DNA from: a bacterium
GTDB taxonomy: Bacteria > SAR324 > NAC60-12
DNA: 64,000 nucleotides
NCBI GenBank assembly: GCA_965209155.1
Contig: OZ242383.1
Coordinates: 2,464,001-2,528,000 of the forward strand
Reading direction: 5' to 3'
A model generated the notes under the pieces. It did not search any database, was not told where the DNA came from, and saw only the letters and a list, made by a program, of their open reading frames with translations. The translations under genes and the position numbers were made by a program. Numbering within the stretch: the stretch's first letter is position 1; each line of letters starts with the position of its first letter. This document shows positions 42,077 through 54,493 of the stretch, piece by piece.

Positions 42077-42170
42077 CGAAAGGCTTGACCTCCTATTATT
42101 GAAGATTTAGGTCGAACACAGGATAAATTAAAAACAAAGCAGGAACCTTTGGAAACATCGAGGAGCACTT

Positions 42171-43031
42171 ATGGTCAAAGAAGGCAAATTGACGGGATTC
42201 GTAGTACGATTGCAGGAGATGGGGATCCTGGAAATACATTTCAACCGGCCGGAGGCGTTGAATGCAACGACGGTTGCGTTGAAAAGGGATTTGATGGAAA
42301 CCCTGCTTCAAGCGCAAATGGATCACCGGGTGAGGGTGGTGGTATTTACTTCAAAAGGGCGCGCTTTCATTGCAGGAGATGATCTCAAGCATTACTTCAC
42401 CGACAAGCCCGCTCCAGACAGCCCCATGGCAGAGCTTCCGGCATTGCATGATAATCCCATCGGGACTTATGAAGGGTTGCGCAACGTTTCACAGGCTTTG
42501 AATGCCGCCATTCGGAAGTTGGACAAGCTTACGATTTGCGCGATCAATGGATATGCCATCCAGACCGGACTGTCTTTGGCTTTATGTTGTGATTTTCGCA
42601 TCGCTTCTCCGGATGCGAAATTGGGAAGCGCCACGCTCCGTTATGCGCTTTTGCCCGATGAAGGAGGACATTACTTACTGGTTCATACCTTGGGGGTTGC
42701 CAAAACCATGGATTTTTTAATGCGCAAACGAATCGTCAATGCCAAGGAAGCGCTCGATCTGGGTTTGGTTCATGAAATCGTACCTTCCCGGTTGCTGAAA
42801 GAAAGAACCATGGAATTGGCGAGAGAGTTGGCTGAGGGACCGCAGGTGGCCATGCGTTTGCTGAAACGAGCCGTCTACAATGCTGCGGAGCAAAGCTTTG
42901 AACAAGCTTGTGAAGACATTGCGGCAAAAACCGGATTGGTAGACCACCATCCGGATGCGAGAGATGGACAAAGAGCTTTCGTAGAAAAACGCAAACCCCG
43001 ATTCAATGAATGGCTTCAAGAATATTTGTGA
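42171..43031 (+). CDS. Enoyl-CoA hydratase/isomerase family protein
   Basis: FNRPEALNA, GRAFIAGDDL, AINGYA, LALCCDFRIA, AFVEKRKPRF. Confidence 0.92.
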   Translation: MVKEGKLTGFVVRLQEMGILEIHFNRPEALNATTVALKRDLMETLLQAQMDHRVRVVVFTSKGRAFIAGDDLKHYFTDKPAPDSPMAELPALHDNPIGTYEGLRNVSQALNAAIRKLDKLTICAINGYAIQTGLSLALCCDFRIASPDAKLGSATLRYALLPDEGGHYLLVHTLGVAKTMDFLMRKRIVNAKEALDLGLVHEIVPSRLLKERTMELARELAEGPQVAMRLLKRAVYNAAEQSFEQACEDIAAKTGLVDHHPDARDGQRAFVEKRKPRFNEWLQEYL

Positions 43032-43112
43032 TACAATTCCTTTCTCGCTTTTTAAAATCGAGCGGGAACCTTCAGTTCCTTCGAGTTTCCCCGACACGCT
43101 GGAGAAATCGTA

Positions 43113-44633
43113 ATGCCCAAAACCCGAGGCTTGATTGCTGCCGGCCATTCGGCCACGGCGGAAGCGGCCGCTTCCATTATGCGAGAAGGCGGCAATGCTT
43201 TTGATGCGGCCGTCGCCGCGTACCTCACCAGTTTTATTTCAGAACCCTGTATGAATTCTGCGGGAGGTGGCGCATTCGTGGTGACGTATACCGAGAACGG
43301 AAGCGCCTCGGTATACGATTTTTTCGTGCAAACTCCCAAACACAAACGTCCGCGCGAGGAAATTCAGTTTTTTCCGGTAGAAATCAATTACGGCGCTACC
43401 TCGGACGTCTTCCATGTGGGGATGGGTTCTGCCGGGGTGCCGGGTGCCATCGCAGGGATTTTCCAAATGCACGCGGACCTGTGCAAGCTTCCCATGAGAG
43501 TCCTGGCAGAACCGGCCATCCACCTGGCGCGTCACGGAGTGGAAGTGAACCAGTTCCAACACTATATCTTTCGCTTGATCGAACCGATACTGGCAATGAA
43601 TAAAAAAGTTTCCCAGGTCTTCTGGCAGGATGGGAGACTGATCCGTGAAGGGGAACTGATGTTCATGCCTGATTTAGCGGACTGCCTGGACTACCTCGCT
43701 CGCGAAGGCGCCGATGCTTTTTATAAAGGCGAGATTGCCAGGAAACTGGTCCTGCTCAGTGAAGCAAGAGGAGGTCATCTCACCGCCCAGGACCTGGAAG
43801 ATTACCAGGTTCATGTCCATCCCCCTTTACGCTTTCCCTACAGGGACCGCACGGTGATCACCAATCCTCTCCCGAGTTTGGGGGGGACTCTGATGGCCCT
43901 GCTGTTCGCCATGCTGGAAGCCAAAGGTCCTGTCGATTATCCTCCCATGAGCCGAACTCATGTGGAACGGTTGACCGACGTCTATTGCAGTACGAATCAA
44001 ATTGCGAAAACGGCTCGAAGCCTTCTCGGATCCCTGGCGCAGTGGTACCCCGGTCAGCACTTTACGACACCGAGTTCTACCCTGAAGGTGGGAGGAACCA
44101 GCCACCTGAACATTCTCGATGAAAATGGCAATGCCGCCGCTTTTTCCTTCTCTATTGGTGAAAGCTGTGGTCATTTTATTCCCAAAACGGGAATCCTGAT
44201 GAACAACATGCTGGGAGAATCAGCGCTTTTGCCGAACGGTCTTCACTCTTGGGAGGAAGACGTGCGTCTGGGTTCCATGATGTCACCGACCATTTTGCTG
44301 GGTAAAGGAAACCGCGCGGAATTGGTACTGGGAAGTGGTGGGTCCGGACGAATTCCGTTCATGATTGCGCAAGTGATCCATAACGTCGTCGATCATGGAA
44401 TGGACATTGAAGATGCCATCAAAGCCCCACGGCTTCACTGTGAAGAAGGACTCTGCAGTCTGGAGCCTGGTTTGCCAAGCGATTTTCAAATGCCCTCCTT
44501 CCTGCGTGAATTGATTTTTTGGGACAAACCCTCCTTTTTTTTGGGCGGCGTGCACGGGATCTGCTGCCAGAACCACAAGATGCGAGCGGAAGGAGACCGG
44601 CGCCGGGATGGAGTGATGGTTGAAGTCTTCTGA
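43113..44633 (+). CDS. Gamma-glutamyltransferase family protein
   Basis: GGNAFDAAVA, GVPG, FYKGEIA, TSHLNILD (nucleophile Thr), GILMNN, SMMSP, LGSGG. Confidence 0.9.
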   Translation: MPKTRGLIAAGHSATAEAAASIMREGGNAFDAAVAAYLTSFISEPCMNSAGGGAFVVTYTENGSASVYDFFVQTPKHKRPREEIQFFPVEINYGATSDVFHVGMGSAGVPGAIAGIFQMHADLCKLPMRVLAEPAIHLARHGVEVNQFQHYIFRLIEPILAMNKKVSQVFWQDGRLIREGELMFMPDLADCLDYLAREGADAFYKGEIARKLVLLSEARGGHLTAQDLEDYQVHVHPPLRFPYRDRTVITNPLPSLGGTLMALLFAMLEAKGPVDYPPMSRTHVERLTDVYCSTNQIAKTARSLLGSLAQWYPGQHFTTPSSTLKVGGTSHLNILDENGNAAAFSFSIGESCGHFIPKTGILMNNMLGESALLPNGLHSWEEDVRLGSMMSPTILLGKGNRAELVLGSGGSGRIPFMIAQVIHNVVDHGMDIEDAIKAPRLHCEEGLCSLEPGLPSDFQMPSFLRELIFWDKPSFFLGGVHGICCQNHKMRAEGDRRRDGVMVEVF

Positions 44634-44701
44634 CTTTTCGTTCCTGGCGGTCTTGTATTGTCTTGCAGATCTGTTAAAAAGAAGACTTTCAATCATCTTA
44701 A

Positions 44702-45838
<1,137 letters not shown>

Positions 45839-45840
45839 GG

Positions 45841-45937
45841 AATGGGGTCAGGCTTGAAAGTATGGAAAAATACACGATCATCAATCATCCCTCTCATCAA
45901 AAGTCCTATTTTCCAAACTTTCAAGCCTGACCCCATT
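45841..45937. mobile_element. Family A palindromic element between convergent frmA and mfd
   Basis: AATGGGGTCAGGCTTGAAAG ... CTTTCAAGCCTGACCCCATT. Confidence 0.85.
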
Positions 45938-45944
45938 TCACTTG

Positions 45945-48900
45945 TCATTCCTGCGAATGGAGGAACAATTCTTCAAAGCGTTGAAGACCTGCCAGGATGT
46001 GGTTCATCGAGTTGGGGACATTGTACAGAACCAGGGTATTTTCGGGGATAAAGCGGAGCGGGCTTTCCGGCTTTTGTAACCATTCGACCAGTTTTTCCGT
46101 GTCCAGTTTATCCGTTTTCCAAACCTGGACCTTCAATTGATTGTTGCGATGCTCGATGGTCTTGAAGGCGCAGCGTTGCCCCAGCAAACGCACCTGGGTG
46201 CTTTTGAACAAATCGATTAATGGTTCGGGCAAGCGTCCGAAACGATTTTCCGTTTCATCTCTCAACCTCCAGAGCGCTTCTTCATCCCTCACTGCCGCCA
46301 GTTTTTTATACAGACCCAGGCGCTGGCCTGAATTTTGGATAAACGATTCCGGAATATGGCTTGGCGCATCAAAACGCATTCTGATGGCTTCAATCGGAAT
46401 CGTTTCTTCTTGTTTTTCCAGTTTTTTGACGGCGTTGTTGATCATTTGGGTATAAAGTTCCAGTCCCACGCTGGCGATGTGTCCGGATTGCTCGGATCCC
46501 AGCAGGTTGCCGGCTCCCCGCAATTCCAGGTCTCGTGAAGCAATTTTATAGCCGGTACCCAATTCGTTGAATTCTTGTAAAATTTTTAAGCGCTCTTCCG
46601 CGACCTGGCTGAGAATACTGTCTGCCGGCACCAGCAGGTACGCGTAAGCCTGCAAGTTGCTTCGTCCTACTCGGCCACGTAATTGGTAGAGTTGAGACAA
46701 GCCGAACTGGTGGGCGTTGTTGACGATGATCGTGTTGGCCCGGGGAATATCCAGTCCTGATTCGATAATGGTTGTGGAAAGCAAAACCTGATACTCGCCC
46801 TCGATGAAGCGTATCATGATCTTTTCCAATTCGTACTCACTCAACTGCCCGTGGGCGATGGCAATTCCCACATCGGGTAAAATTTGCTTGAGATAGGAAG
46901 CATATTCATAAATGGTTTCTACGCGATTGTGCACGATAAAAACCTGTCCATTTCGCCGGATTTCCCGGCTGACTGCCTCTTGAATGATATGGGCGTTCGA
47001 TTTGACGAATCGTGTACGCACCGCGAGACGGTCCGGGGGCGGCGAATGAATCAGGCTCAAGTCGCGAATGCCGAGCAAGGACATGTACAAAGTACGCGGA
47101 ATAGGAGTGGCGGAGAGGGTCAGCACGTCGATTTCGGCACGGAATTTCTTGATTTTTTCTTTGTGACCCACTCCAAAACGCTGTTCTTCATCAATAATGA
47201 GCAGTCCCAGGTCCTTGAATTTTATGTCGGTAGAGAGCATACGGTGCGTGCCTATCAGGATGTCCACTCTTCCGGAAGCCAGTCGTTTGATAACCTGACG
47301 CTGCTCCGTTGGAGTACGAAAGCGACTGAGCACTTCGATGGTGACCGGCATCCCGTCCATGCGCTTACTGAAGGATACGAAGTGTTGTTGCGCTAAAATC
47401 GTCGTGGGTACCAGCATACCAACCTGTTTGCTGTCGGCCACTGCTTTGAAGGCGGCACGTATGGCAATTTCCGTCTTGCCGAATCCCACGTCACCACAAA
47501 CGAGGCGATCCATTGGATTGGCGCTTTCCATGTCCGTCTTCACTTCCTGGATGACGGTCGACTGGTCCTCGGTTTCTTCAAAAGGGAAGGTCAATTCGAG
47601 TTCGCTCATCAGGTGATTATCCGGAGCATAGCAAAAGCCTTGTTTGGCTTCACGGGCAGCATAAATCGCTACTAATTCCCGGGACAGGTCTTTCACCGCT
47701 TTCGCGACTTTGCGCTTCGTCTTCGTCCATGCTTTTTCTCCCAACTTGTTCAAGCGGGGAGGAGAGCCGTCGGCATTGATGTACTTTTGCACGAGGTGGA
47801 ATCGGTCCACCGGAATGTAGACTTTTTCCTCCCTGGCAAAAGTAAGCACCATGAAGTCGGAATTTTGCTCCCTGACGTTGATTTTTTTTAAGCCCTGGTA
47901 GCGTCCCACGCCGTAGTCCAGGTGAACGACATAGTCCCCTTCCTCCAAATCTTCCAGGTTTCCCATCACCTGTTGGATTTTACTTTGACTAATCCGGCGG
48001 TTGCGAATCTTTTCTCCGAAGATTTCTTCCTCCGTCAGCAATGCGAACTCGATCTTTCCACGATCGTTGACCATGCTGAACCCGCAAGACAAGGGGCCCA
48101 CCAGGATGGAGCTGCCCTCGAGTCGAGGGGGAAATTGGAATCCGTTTTTCAGCCAATCCTGCCAGTAAGAGGCGCTTTCGATTTCCGAAGACGGGCCTTT
48201 TGCTTCTAATTGGAAATCGGCCAGCAGTTCTTTGAATTGATCGGCATGGGTTTGATTTTTAGCCGTGAATACCAGGGTGGCTCCATCCTGCTGCCAGTTT
48301 TTTATTTTCCGGATCGCATGCGCCACCGAAGAATGAGTGTCCTGCCGAGCCATCCCGCCACCCGCGCGAAGGGAATGATTGTCCAGGAAAGAGCAGTTAT
48401 AAAAAGGAGAAACAGGCTGGGTGGACTTGGAGGATTCCGACAAACACAGGGTCATGAATTGCTTGAATGCCAGGGCCACATCCTGTTGATCGAGATACAG
48501 CCATTCCGGAGTCAAGGCAAACTGCTTCTGTTGCCGGCTCAGTTCGTATTCGGTGAGGATTTCATCGTAAATCGCACTGGTTTTTTCCTTGATCTTCCAT
48601 GGTTCGTCCAGCACCAGCAAACTGCGCGGGAGGAAATAGTCGAAAAGCGTGGAAGGCTTGTCATAGAACAAACCAAGCAACGACTCGATTCCCGGAAAAT
48701 ATTGTCTGCGCTGCAGCATTGACCGTGTTTCCTCCGTGACCAGCGACGGATTCTCTCGCTGTACCTGCTCCAGCTTCTCCAACGCATGTCCATGAATCTC
48801 CTCATCGAAAATTAATTCCTGCGCCGGTAAAACGACGACAGATTCCAGGGGTTGTCCTGCAGAAAGTTGAGTTTGTACGTCAAAGCCCCTGATCGTCAAT

Positions 48901-49484
48901 CGCGCATGCGCTTCCCATTCTAAACGAAAAGGAGTTTTATGGTTCAACGGGAACAGGTCTACGATTTCTTCACGCACGCTGTATTCTCCTCGTTCTTCCA
49001 CCACGTCTACCAAGGTATAACCCGCCCCTTGAACCTGCTCTAATAAAAAAGGACGCAGGCAGTTTTGCCCGGAGCGCAATTCAAAGCAGTTTCGTATAAA
49101 CAATGATTGAGGCATCAAGCGCTGCATGAGGCCCATTGGGGTCGTGATCAAAAATCGAACCTGGTTGTCATAGAGGCTCTTCAAGGCTTGAAAACGCTGC
49201 GAAACAATCTCCCGGTGGGGTGAAAAATCGTCATAGGGCAAGGTGTCCCAATGGGGGAAAAAATAAAGTCCGTCCGCTCCCGAGAAAAAAGTAAGGTCTT
49301 CTTGAAGCTGTTCTGCCCTTTCGAAAGAATCGGCAACGACTATGATCGGGGAAGGATGGAAAGGCGGCAATTGGGAGACGAGCAAGGATTTACTCGAACC
49401 CCGTAACCCTCCCAGGTGCAGGTCTTGCTCCCTTTTTGCAAGCTTGCTCGTGATCTTTTTGAGTGCGTCGTTCATTCCTTGCAT
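45945..49484 (-). CDS. mfd: Transcription-repair coupling factor
   Basis: [66 protein letters not shown]. Confidence 0.97.
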   Translation of the reverse strand: MQGMNDALKKITSKLAKREQDLHLGGLRGSSKSLLVSQLPPFHPSPIIVVADSFERAEQLQEDLTFFSGADGLYFFPHWDTLPYDDFSPHREIVSQRFQALKSLYDNQVRFLITTPMGLMQRLMPQSLFIRNCFELRSGQNCLRPFLLEQVQGAGYTLVDVVEERGEYSVREEIVDLFPLNHKTPFRLEWEAHARLTIRGFDVQTQLSAGQPLESVVVLPAQELIFDEEIHGHALEKLEQVQRENPSLVTEETRSMLQRRQYFPGIESLLGLFYDKPSTLFDYFLPRSLLVLDEPWKIKEKTSAIYDEILTEYELSRQQKQFALTPEWLYLDQQDVALAFKQFMTLCLSESSKSTQPVSPFYNCSFLDNHSLRAGGGMARQDTHSSVAHAIRKIKNWQQDGATLVFTAKNQTHADQFKELLADFQLEAKGPSSEIESASYWQDWLKNGFQFPPRLEGSSILVGPLSCGFSMVNDRGKIEFALLTEEEIFGEKIRNRRISQSKIQQVMGNLEDLEEGDYVVHLDYGVGRYQGLKKINVREQNSDFMVLTFAREEKVYIPVDRFHLVQKYINADGSPPRLNKLGEKAWTKTKRKVAKAVKDLSRELVAIYAAREAKQGFCYAPDNHLMSELELTFPFEETEDQSTVIQEVKTDMESANPMDRLVCGDVGFGKTEIAIRAAFKAVADSKQVGMLVPTTILAQQHFVSFSKRMDGMPVTIEVLSRFRTPTEQRQVIKRLASGRVDILIGTHRMLSTDIKFKDLGLLIIDEEQRFGVGHKEKIKKFRAEIDVLTLSATPIPRTLYMSLLGIRDLSLIHSPPPDRLAVRTRFVKSNAHIIQEAVSREIRRNGQVFIVHNRVETIYEYASYLKQILPDVGIAIAHGQLSEYELEKIMIRFIEGEYQVLLSTTIIESGLDIPRANTIIVNNAHQFGLSQLYQLRGRVGRSNLQAYAYLLVPADSILSQVAEERLKILQEFNELGTGYKIASRDLELRGAGNLLGSEQSGHIASVGLELYTQMINNAVKKLEKQEETIPIEAIRMRFDAPSHIPESFIQNSGQRLGLYKKLAAVRDEEALWRLRDETENRFGRLPEPLIDLFKSTQVRLLGQRCAFKTIEHRNNQLKVQVWKTDKLDTEKLVEWLQKPESPLRFIPENTLVLYNVPNSMNHILAGLQRFEELFLHSQE

Positions 49485-49620
49485 GACGAGGTCAACCGTT
49501 CATTCCGTGAAAAGAATTCCTGTGGCATAGAATGCGTCTCGCCCACGATTCGATTCTATGAGGGGGGAGGAGGTTGCTTTGGTATCCATTCCCCGAAGTA
49601 TACCCTTTCCCACTTGAAAA

Positions 49621-49968
49621 TTCAATTCCTGGTCCCCACGAGACCCTGTCTTTGGTAAGGAACGGAACGTCGGTGTGAATCGCTTTACAAAACCTGAGAT
49701 TTGGACTATCCTGTCACCTACGGATTAAGGTTTCATTATGTCCTCGAAAAGGGGTCAGGCTTGAAAGTTTGGAATATTCCACGATCATCAATCATCCCTC
49801 TCAAAAACCGATTTATTCCAAACTTTCAAGCCTGACCCCTTTTTCAATTCCTGGTCCCCACGAGACCCTGTCTTTGGTAAGGAGTGGAACGTCGGTGTGA
49901 ATCGCTTTACAAAACCTGAGATTTGGACTATCCTGTCACCTATGGACTAAGGTTTCATTATGTCCTCG
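49621..49968. repeat. 126-bp direct repeats (49621-49746, 49843-49968) flanking a family A element (49747-49843)
   Basis: TTCAATTCCTGGTCCCCACG...TTATGTCCTCG twice, with a few substitutions. Confidence 0.92.
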
Positions 49969-50108
49969 CAAAGTATTTTAATAACTGGTGATACGTGAAC
50001 AGTCATCACCACCGGCAGAGCCGGTGACTTGAAGAGGCCCCCAGTATGAGGGCAAAACGTGTTCGTCATCGTAAGACGTGCTCGTGCTCGTGAACGAAAA
50101 AGGCTGCC

Positions 50109-50268
50109 ATGTTAGATCATGAAAAACTCGATGTATACCAATGTTCCATCGAATTTTTAGCGTTATCTGTCCAAGTCATCGAAACATTGCCAAAAGGATA
50201 CTCAGCCTTAGTTGACCAACTGAAAAGGGCCTCATGGTCGATTCCTCTCAATATCGCAGAAGGCTGTG
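50109..50268 (+). pseudogene. Truncated second copy of the four-helix-bundle gene
   Basis: 50001-50268 is a near-exact inverse copy of ~24122-24389; homology stops at NIAEGC, where a family A element starts. Confidence 0.92.
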
Positions 50269-50365
50269 AAAAGGGGTCAGGCTTGAAAGTTTGGAATATT
50301 CCACGAAAATCAATCATCCCTCTCAAAAACCAATTTATTCCAAACTTTCAAGCCTGACCCCTTTT
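50269..50365. mobile_element. Family A palindromic element
   Basis: AAAAGGGGTCAGGCTTGAAAGTTTGGAATA ... TATTCCAAACTTTCAAGCCTGACCCCTTTT. Confidence 0.85.
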
Positions 50366-50396
50366 TAGAATATCAAATGTTGTCGGATAAGACGAA

Positions 50397-52628
50397 ATGA
50401 GTAATAAAACGCAAATGAGTCAAACTACGGAGATGCCCCTCAGGATAGGGGGACTTTCCAAGCATCAGGCCCGGACCGGGAAAAAAATCAAAGAACCCCT
50501 TTCCCGTCCGGAGACGATTCCGATTCCCAATGACTGGAGCCAGTGCGACCCCGGTGATCTCAGCCACCCTTCTTTGTATATCAACCGGGAATTGAGCTGG
50601 TGCCAGTTCAACCTGAGAGTGTTGGATCAAGCATTCGATGCGAAGCATCCTTTGCTGGAGCGGGTCAAGTTTTTTGCCATCGTCGCAGCCAACCTGGATG
50701 AATTTTTCATGATCCGCATCGCCACCTTGCTGCGGATCATTCGCTCGGGTTTGGAAAATATCACTCCCGACGGGTTGAGCACTACCGAAGCGTTTTGGGC
50801 CATTCATGAAGAAGTCGAAAAAATGATGAGCAAACAGCGGGAATGCTGGAATGCGGTTTTGCGACCCTTGCTGGCAAAAGAAGGCATTGAAATCCTGGAG
50901 CCCTCGGAATACACCCTCGAAATCCGGCAATACCTGGCCAATTACTTCAAAACGGAAATTTTCCCGATTCTCACTCCGCTTGCTTTTGACCCTTCCCATC
51001 CTTTCCCTCACATTTCCAACCTCAGCCTTAATTTTGCAGTGGAAGTCCGTCATAACGAACAGGTCAAATTCGCCCGGGTCAAGATCCCTCCCACCTTTCC
51101 CCGTTTTATCAGGCTGCCTGAGGAATTGAGTCGTAAATCGAAACGAGGCGCGGCTATGGTTCGCTTTGTATTCGTGGAAGACGTGATCAAGATCAACATG
51201 AGTTTCCTGTTCCCCGAAACCCAAGTGGAAGCCATTTACCTGTTCCGGGTGATTCGAGACACGGACATTGAAATCCGGGAAGACGAAGCCTCGGATTTGT
51301 TGGAATCGGTCAGTGAAGGACTGAAACAGATTCGTTATGGCGAGATTTCACGTCTTGAAATCGAAGAACGGATGCCACAACGTATCCTCGAAATCCTCGT
51401 GGAGAATTTCCATGTTCCGGAGAGTGCGATGACACGGGCCCTGGATCGTATGGGCTATGCGGATTGGATGACGTTGATGCGAATCAATCGTCCCCGCCTG
51501 AAAGATTCACTGCTGAAGCCCTTCGTGCTCTTTGATTCGATTGACAGCCCTGACGCGATTTTTGAGCAGATCAAATATGAAGACTATTTTCTGCATCACC
51601 CTTACGATTCATTCAACACGTTGGAAACCTTTTTGAAAGCAGCCGTGGACGATCCGCAGGTCATTGCCATCAAGATGACCCTCTACCGGGTGGATGCGGA
51701 TTCTCCCATTGTGGAATTGTTGACGAAGGCCCGGGAAATCGGAAAACAGGTGGCGGTTTTGGTGGAGTTGAAAGCGCGTTTTGATGAAGAAAGCAACATT
51801 TTGTGGGCTCAACGGATGGAGGCTGCGGGCGTGCACATGGTCTATGGGGTCTTGCGTCTCAAAACCCATTGCAAATTGTGCTTGATTGTTCGGAAGGAAA
51901 GCGAAGGCATCCGACGTTACGTCCACATCGGGACCGGCAATTACAACCAGGTCACCTCGCGCATTTACACGGATTTGGGGATATTTACCGCCCACCGGGG
52001 AATCGTGGAAGACGTCTCCCAAGTCTTCAATTACCTGACCGGTTATTCCAACCAGAAGACTTTCAGAAACTTACTGGTGTCCCCCGTCAGTTTTCGCCCT
52101 GGCATCATCGGCCTCATCGAACGGGAAACGGAGCATGCCCGAGCGGGCAAGACGGCGCACCTCATTTTCAAGATCAACCAGATCACCGATCCGGTGGTCA
52201 TCCAATCCCTTTATAAAGCCTCTCAAGCCGGAGTCCAAGTGGATTTGATCGTCCGGGGGATTTGCTGTTTGCGGCCAGGTATTGCCGGGATCAGCGACAA
52301 CGTTCGCGTCATATCCATCATCGGCCGTTTTTTGGAGCACTCGCGCATTTATTATTTCCACAATAAGCGGAAAGAGGAAATTTATATAGGCAGCGCAGAT
52401 TTGATGGAGCGCAACCTGGACAGACGGGTTGAAGTCGTCACTCCCGTTTACAGCGAAAAAATCAAGAGTTACTTGAAAACCCATGTCCTCGATATCATGC
52501 TGCAGGACAATCAACAGGCCAGTGAACTGCAAATCAACGGCGAATATATTGACGTTTCTCCTTCAAAGACCCCTCCCCTCAGCACTCAAAAATATCTACT
52601 GGATTGGCACGGAAATCGCCTCCATTGA
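50397..52628 (+). CDS. ppk1: Polyphosphate kinase 1
   Basis: NRELSW, PLLERVKF, NLDEFFMIR, HHPYDSF, IKMTLYR, ELKARFDE, GTGNYN, GRFLEHSR, SADLMERNLDRRVE. Confidence 0.97.
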   Translation: MSNKTQMSQTTEMPLRIGGLSKHQARTGKKIKEPLSRPETIPIPNDWSQCDPGDLSHPSLYINRELSWCQFNLRVLDQAFDAKHPLLERVKFFAIVAANLDEFFMIRIATLLRIIRSGLENITPDGLSTTEAFWAIHEEVEKMMSKQRECWNAVLRPLLAKEGIEILEPSEYTLEIRQYLANYFKTEIFPILTPLAFDPSHPFPHISNLSLNFAVEVRHNEQVKFARVKIPPTFPRFIRLPEELSRKSKRGAAMVRFVFVEDVIKINMSFLFPETQVEAIYLFRVIRDTDIEIREDEASDLLESVSEGLKQIRYGEISRLEIEERMPQRILEILVENFHVPESAMTRALDRMGYADWMTLMRINRPRLKDSLLKPFVLFDSIDSPDAIFEQIKYEDYFLHHPYDSFNTLETFLKAAVDDPQVIAIKMTLYRVDADSPIVELLTKAREIGKQVAVLVELKARFDEESNILWAQRMEAAGVHMVYGVLRLKTHCKLCLIVRKESEGIRRYVHIGTGNYNQVTSRIYTDLGIFTAHRGIVEDVSQVFNYLTGYSNQKTFRNLLVSPVSFRPGIIGLIERETEHARAGKTAHLIFKINQITDPVVIQSLYKASQAGVQVDLIVRGICCLRPGIAGISDNVRVISIIGRFLEHSRIYYFHNKRKEEIYIGSADLMERNLDRRVEVVTPVYSEKIKSYLKTHVLDIMLQDNQQASELQINGEYIDVSPSKTPPLSTQKYLLDWHGNRLH

Positions 52629-52727
52629 GAAAAGGGGTCAGGCTTGAAAGTTTGGAATAAATTGGTTTTTGAGAGGGATGATTGATGATCGTGAAATATT
52701 CCAAACTTTCAAGCCTGACCCCTTTTC
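52629..52727. mobile_element. Family A palindromic element between convergent ppk1 and frdD (possible bidirectional terminator)
   Basis: GAAAAGGGGTCAGGCTTGAAAGTTTGGAATA ... TATTCCAAACTTTCAAGCCTGACCCCTTTTC. Confidence 0.85.
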
Positions 52728-52730
52728 TTC

Positions 52731-53078
52731 TTAAACGTTCCAAAGGATCATTGCGGAAACCAAAGATCCGACAATCGCCAATCCATAGCATAAGATCGCA
52801 ATCGGCGCGTTCCAGTCTTTCCATTGCAACCCGTCGATGAGGAGGGAGCGAAAACGGTGGGCCCAATGAATGAGAGAGAGGGAAACAAGCCCGAAGAGAA
52901 ACAATCGCGTCAAGGGATGTTGGACCAGGGCGAATAACTCGGGATATTGGGGAGCTTCCAGCCATCCCAGGGGAAACAGCAGGCCATTCAGGAGCAGCAA
53001 GATGGGAAGAAAGAGCGTGGAAAGTACCCCGCCTGCGCTGAACAGTGACCACCAAAAAGGGTCCATATTTTTTTTCAT
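52731..53078 (-). CDS. frdD: Fumarate reductase membrane subunit D
   Basis: DPFWWSLFSAGG, HWAHRFR, three TM segments, operon position. Confidence 0.9.
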   Translation of the reverse strand: MKKNMDPFWWSLFSAGGVLSTLFLPILLLLNGLLFPLGWLEAPQYPELFALVQHPLTRLFLFGLVSLSLIHWAHRFRSLLIDGLQWKDWNAPIAILCYGLAIVGSLVSAMILWNV

Positions 53079-53095
53079 ATCCGTTCCTCCCCTGT

Positions 53096-53512
53096 TTAAA
53101 TTATGATGAGGATCGAAGCAATGATTGCCGATATGACAATCCAGGCCAGGTAATGCGATGCCGTGATTGCGACATCTGGAATGGTTTTATTGCCCAGACG
53201 CAGGACCAATGTTTTTGGGGCAATACTGAACCACGTGATACTGTGGAAAAGTAAAAACAAAAAAGCAATAAAATGTAAAATAAGGGAAACTGGAGTTTGC
53301 AGCCACTCGAGGAATGCGTCATAGGAATCAGGGCCCCGGGATAGGGCGCTGACCTGAATCAACAGCATGACGGCATAAAAGGCGACAAACACGCTGGTAA
53401 ATTCGCGCAAGATAATTTTGACATACACCCATTTTTTGGTCCACCAGAAAACGGGCATACGCTTACGATAGAGCTTCGGATGAAACTTCGTGTAATCGGG
53501 ATTGTCATTCAT
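53096..53512 (-). CDS. frdC: Fumarate reductase membrane subunit C
   Basis: YRKRMPVFWW, LREFTS, FHSITWF..APK. The longer predicted start lies in a REP-like element. Confidence 0.9.
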   Translation of the reverse strand: MNDNPDYTKFHPKLYRKRMPVFWWTKKWVYVKIILREFTSVFVAFYAVMLLIQVSALSRGPDSYDAFLEWLQTPVSLILHFIAFLFLLFHSITWFSIAPKTLVLRLGNKTIPDVAITASHYLAWIVISAIIASILIII

Positions 53513-53539
53513 TGTGAGATTTCCTTCTATGGGGACGAA

Positions 53540-53642
53540 GTCCGGGATGATCCGGTATCCAGGGTTCGTGCTGGAATCCGGATTCCTCATTTTTCTGGAT
53601 TCCTGATCAAGCCAGGAATGACACGTTTTTTAACTCCTGGTT
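53540..53642. repeat. REP-like / family B partial element inside the frd operon
   Basis: GTCCGGGATGATCCGGTATCCAG and CTGGATTCCTGATCAAGCCAGGAATGACACGTTTTTTAACTCCTG. Confidence 0.75.
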
Positions 53643-53651
53643 CAAGTATTC

Positions 53652-54395
53652 CTATTTATCCATTCCGGGCATCAACAGAGATTTCCACCAATCCTCAGCA
53701 CCGGTGATTTTGTAGCGCTGGATGGCTCCTGCCGGATCGACGTCTTTGGGACAAACGGCAGAACACTCTCCCACTAAAGTGCATTCGAAAATACCATCGT
53801 CTTCCGCGAGCACGGCAAGCCTTTCTTTGTTACCTTCATCCCGGTTGTCATAATTGTAACGTTGGGCCATGGCGATGGCTGCGGGACCGATAAAACCCGG
53901 TTCCAGGCCATAAACCGGACAGGCCGCATAGCAAAGCGTGCAATTGATACACATACTGTATTGCTTGAATTCGGCCAGTTCTGCAGGAGATTGGATATAT
54001 TCCCCCTCCGCCACGGGTTTTTCTTCTTCACGAATAATCCATGGTTTCACTCGTTGCAATTTCTCCATGAAGTCGCTCAATTCCACAACCAGGTCCCGGA
54101 CAACCGGGAAGTGGTCCATCGGAGCGACTCGAATCGGACCCGGTTGATACGCTTCCAGAAAAGTCGCGCAAGTTAAAACGGGCGTGTCGTTCACCATCAT
54201 TCCACAACTACCACAAACTCCCATGCGGCAGGACCAGCGGAAGGATAAAGTGCCATCGAGGTGATCCTTGATGTAGTTCAAGGCATCCAGGATGACCCAA
54301 TCTTTTCGAAGGGGCACTTCATAGCTCTGGTAGACCGGTTCTGTTTCGTTTTCCGGACGGTATCGAAAGACTTCAAGGGTGATATGGGCAGGCAT
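53652..54395 (-). CDS. frdB: Fumarate reductase iron-sulfur subunit
   Basis: [35 protein letters not shown]. Confidence 0.95.
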   Translation of the reverse strand: MPAHITLEVFRYRPENETEPVYQSYEVPLRKDWVILDALNYIKDHLDGTLSFRWSCRMGVCGSCGMMVNDTPVLTCATFLEAYQPGPIRVAPMDHFPVVRDLVVELSDFMEKLQRVKPWIIREEEKPVAEGEYIQSPAELAEFKQYSMCINCTLCYAACPVYGLEPGFIGPAAIAMAQRYNYDNRDEGNKERLAVLAEDDGIFECTLVGECSAVCPKDVDPAGAIQRYKITGAEDWWKSLLMPGMDK

Positions 54396-54493
54396 AATTC
54401 CTCATCGAGTGATCGAGTCCCTGTATACTGGAGCAGGAACATGGTGAATACTGTTCGTCTCGGGGCAGCATTTGTTCGAGAGCGTGGGAACCT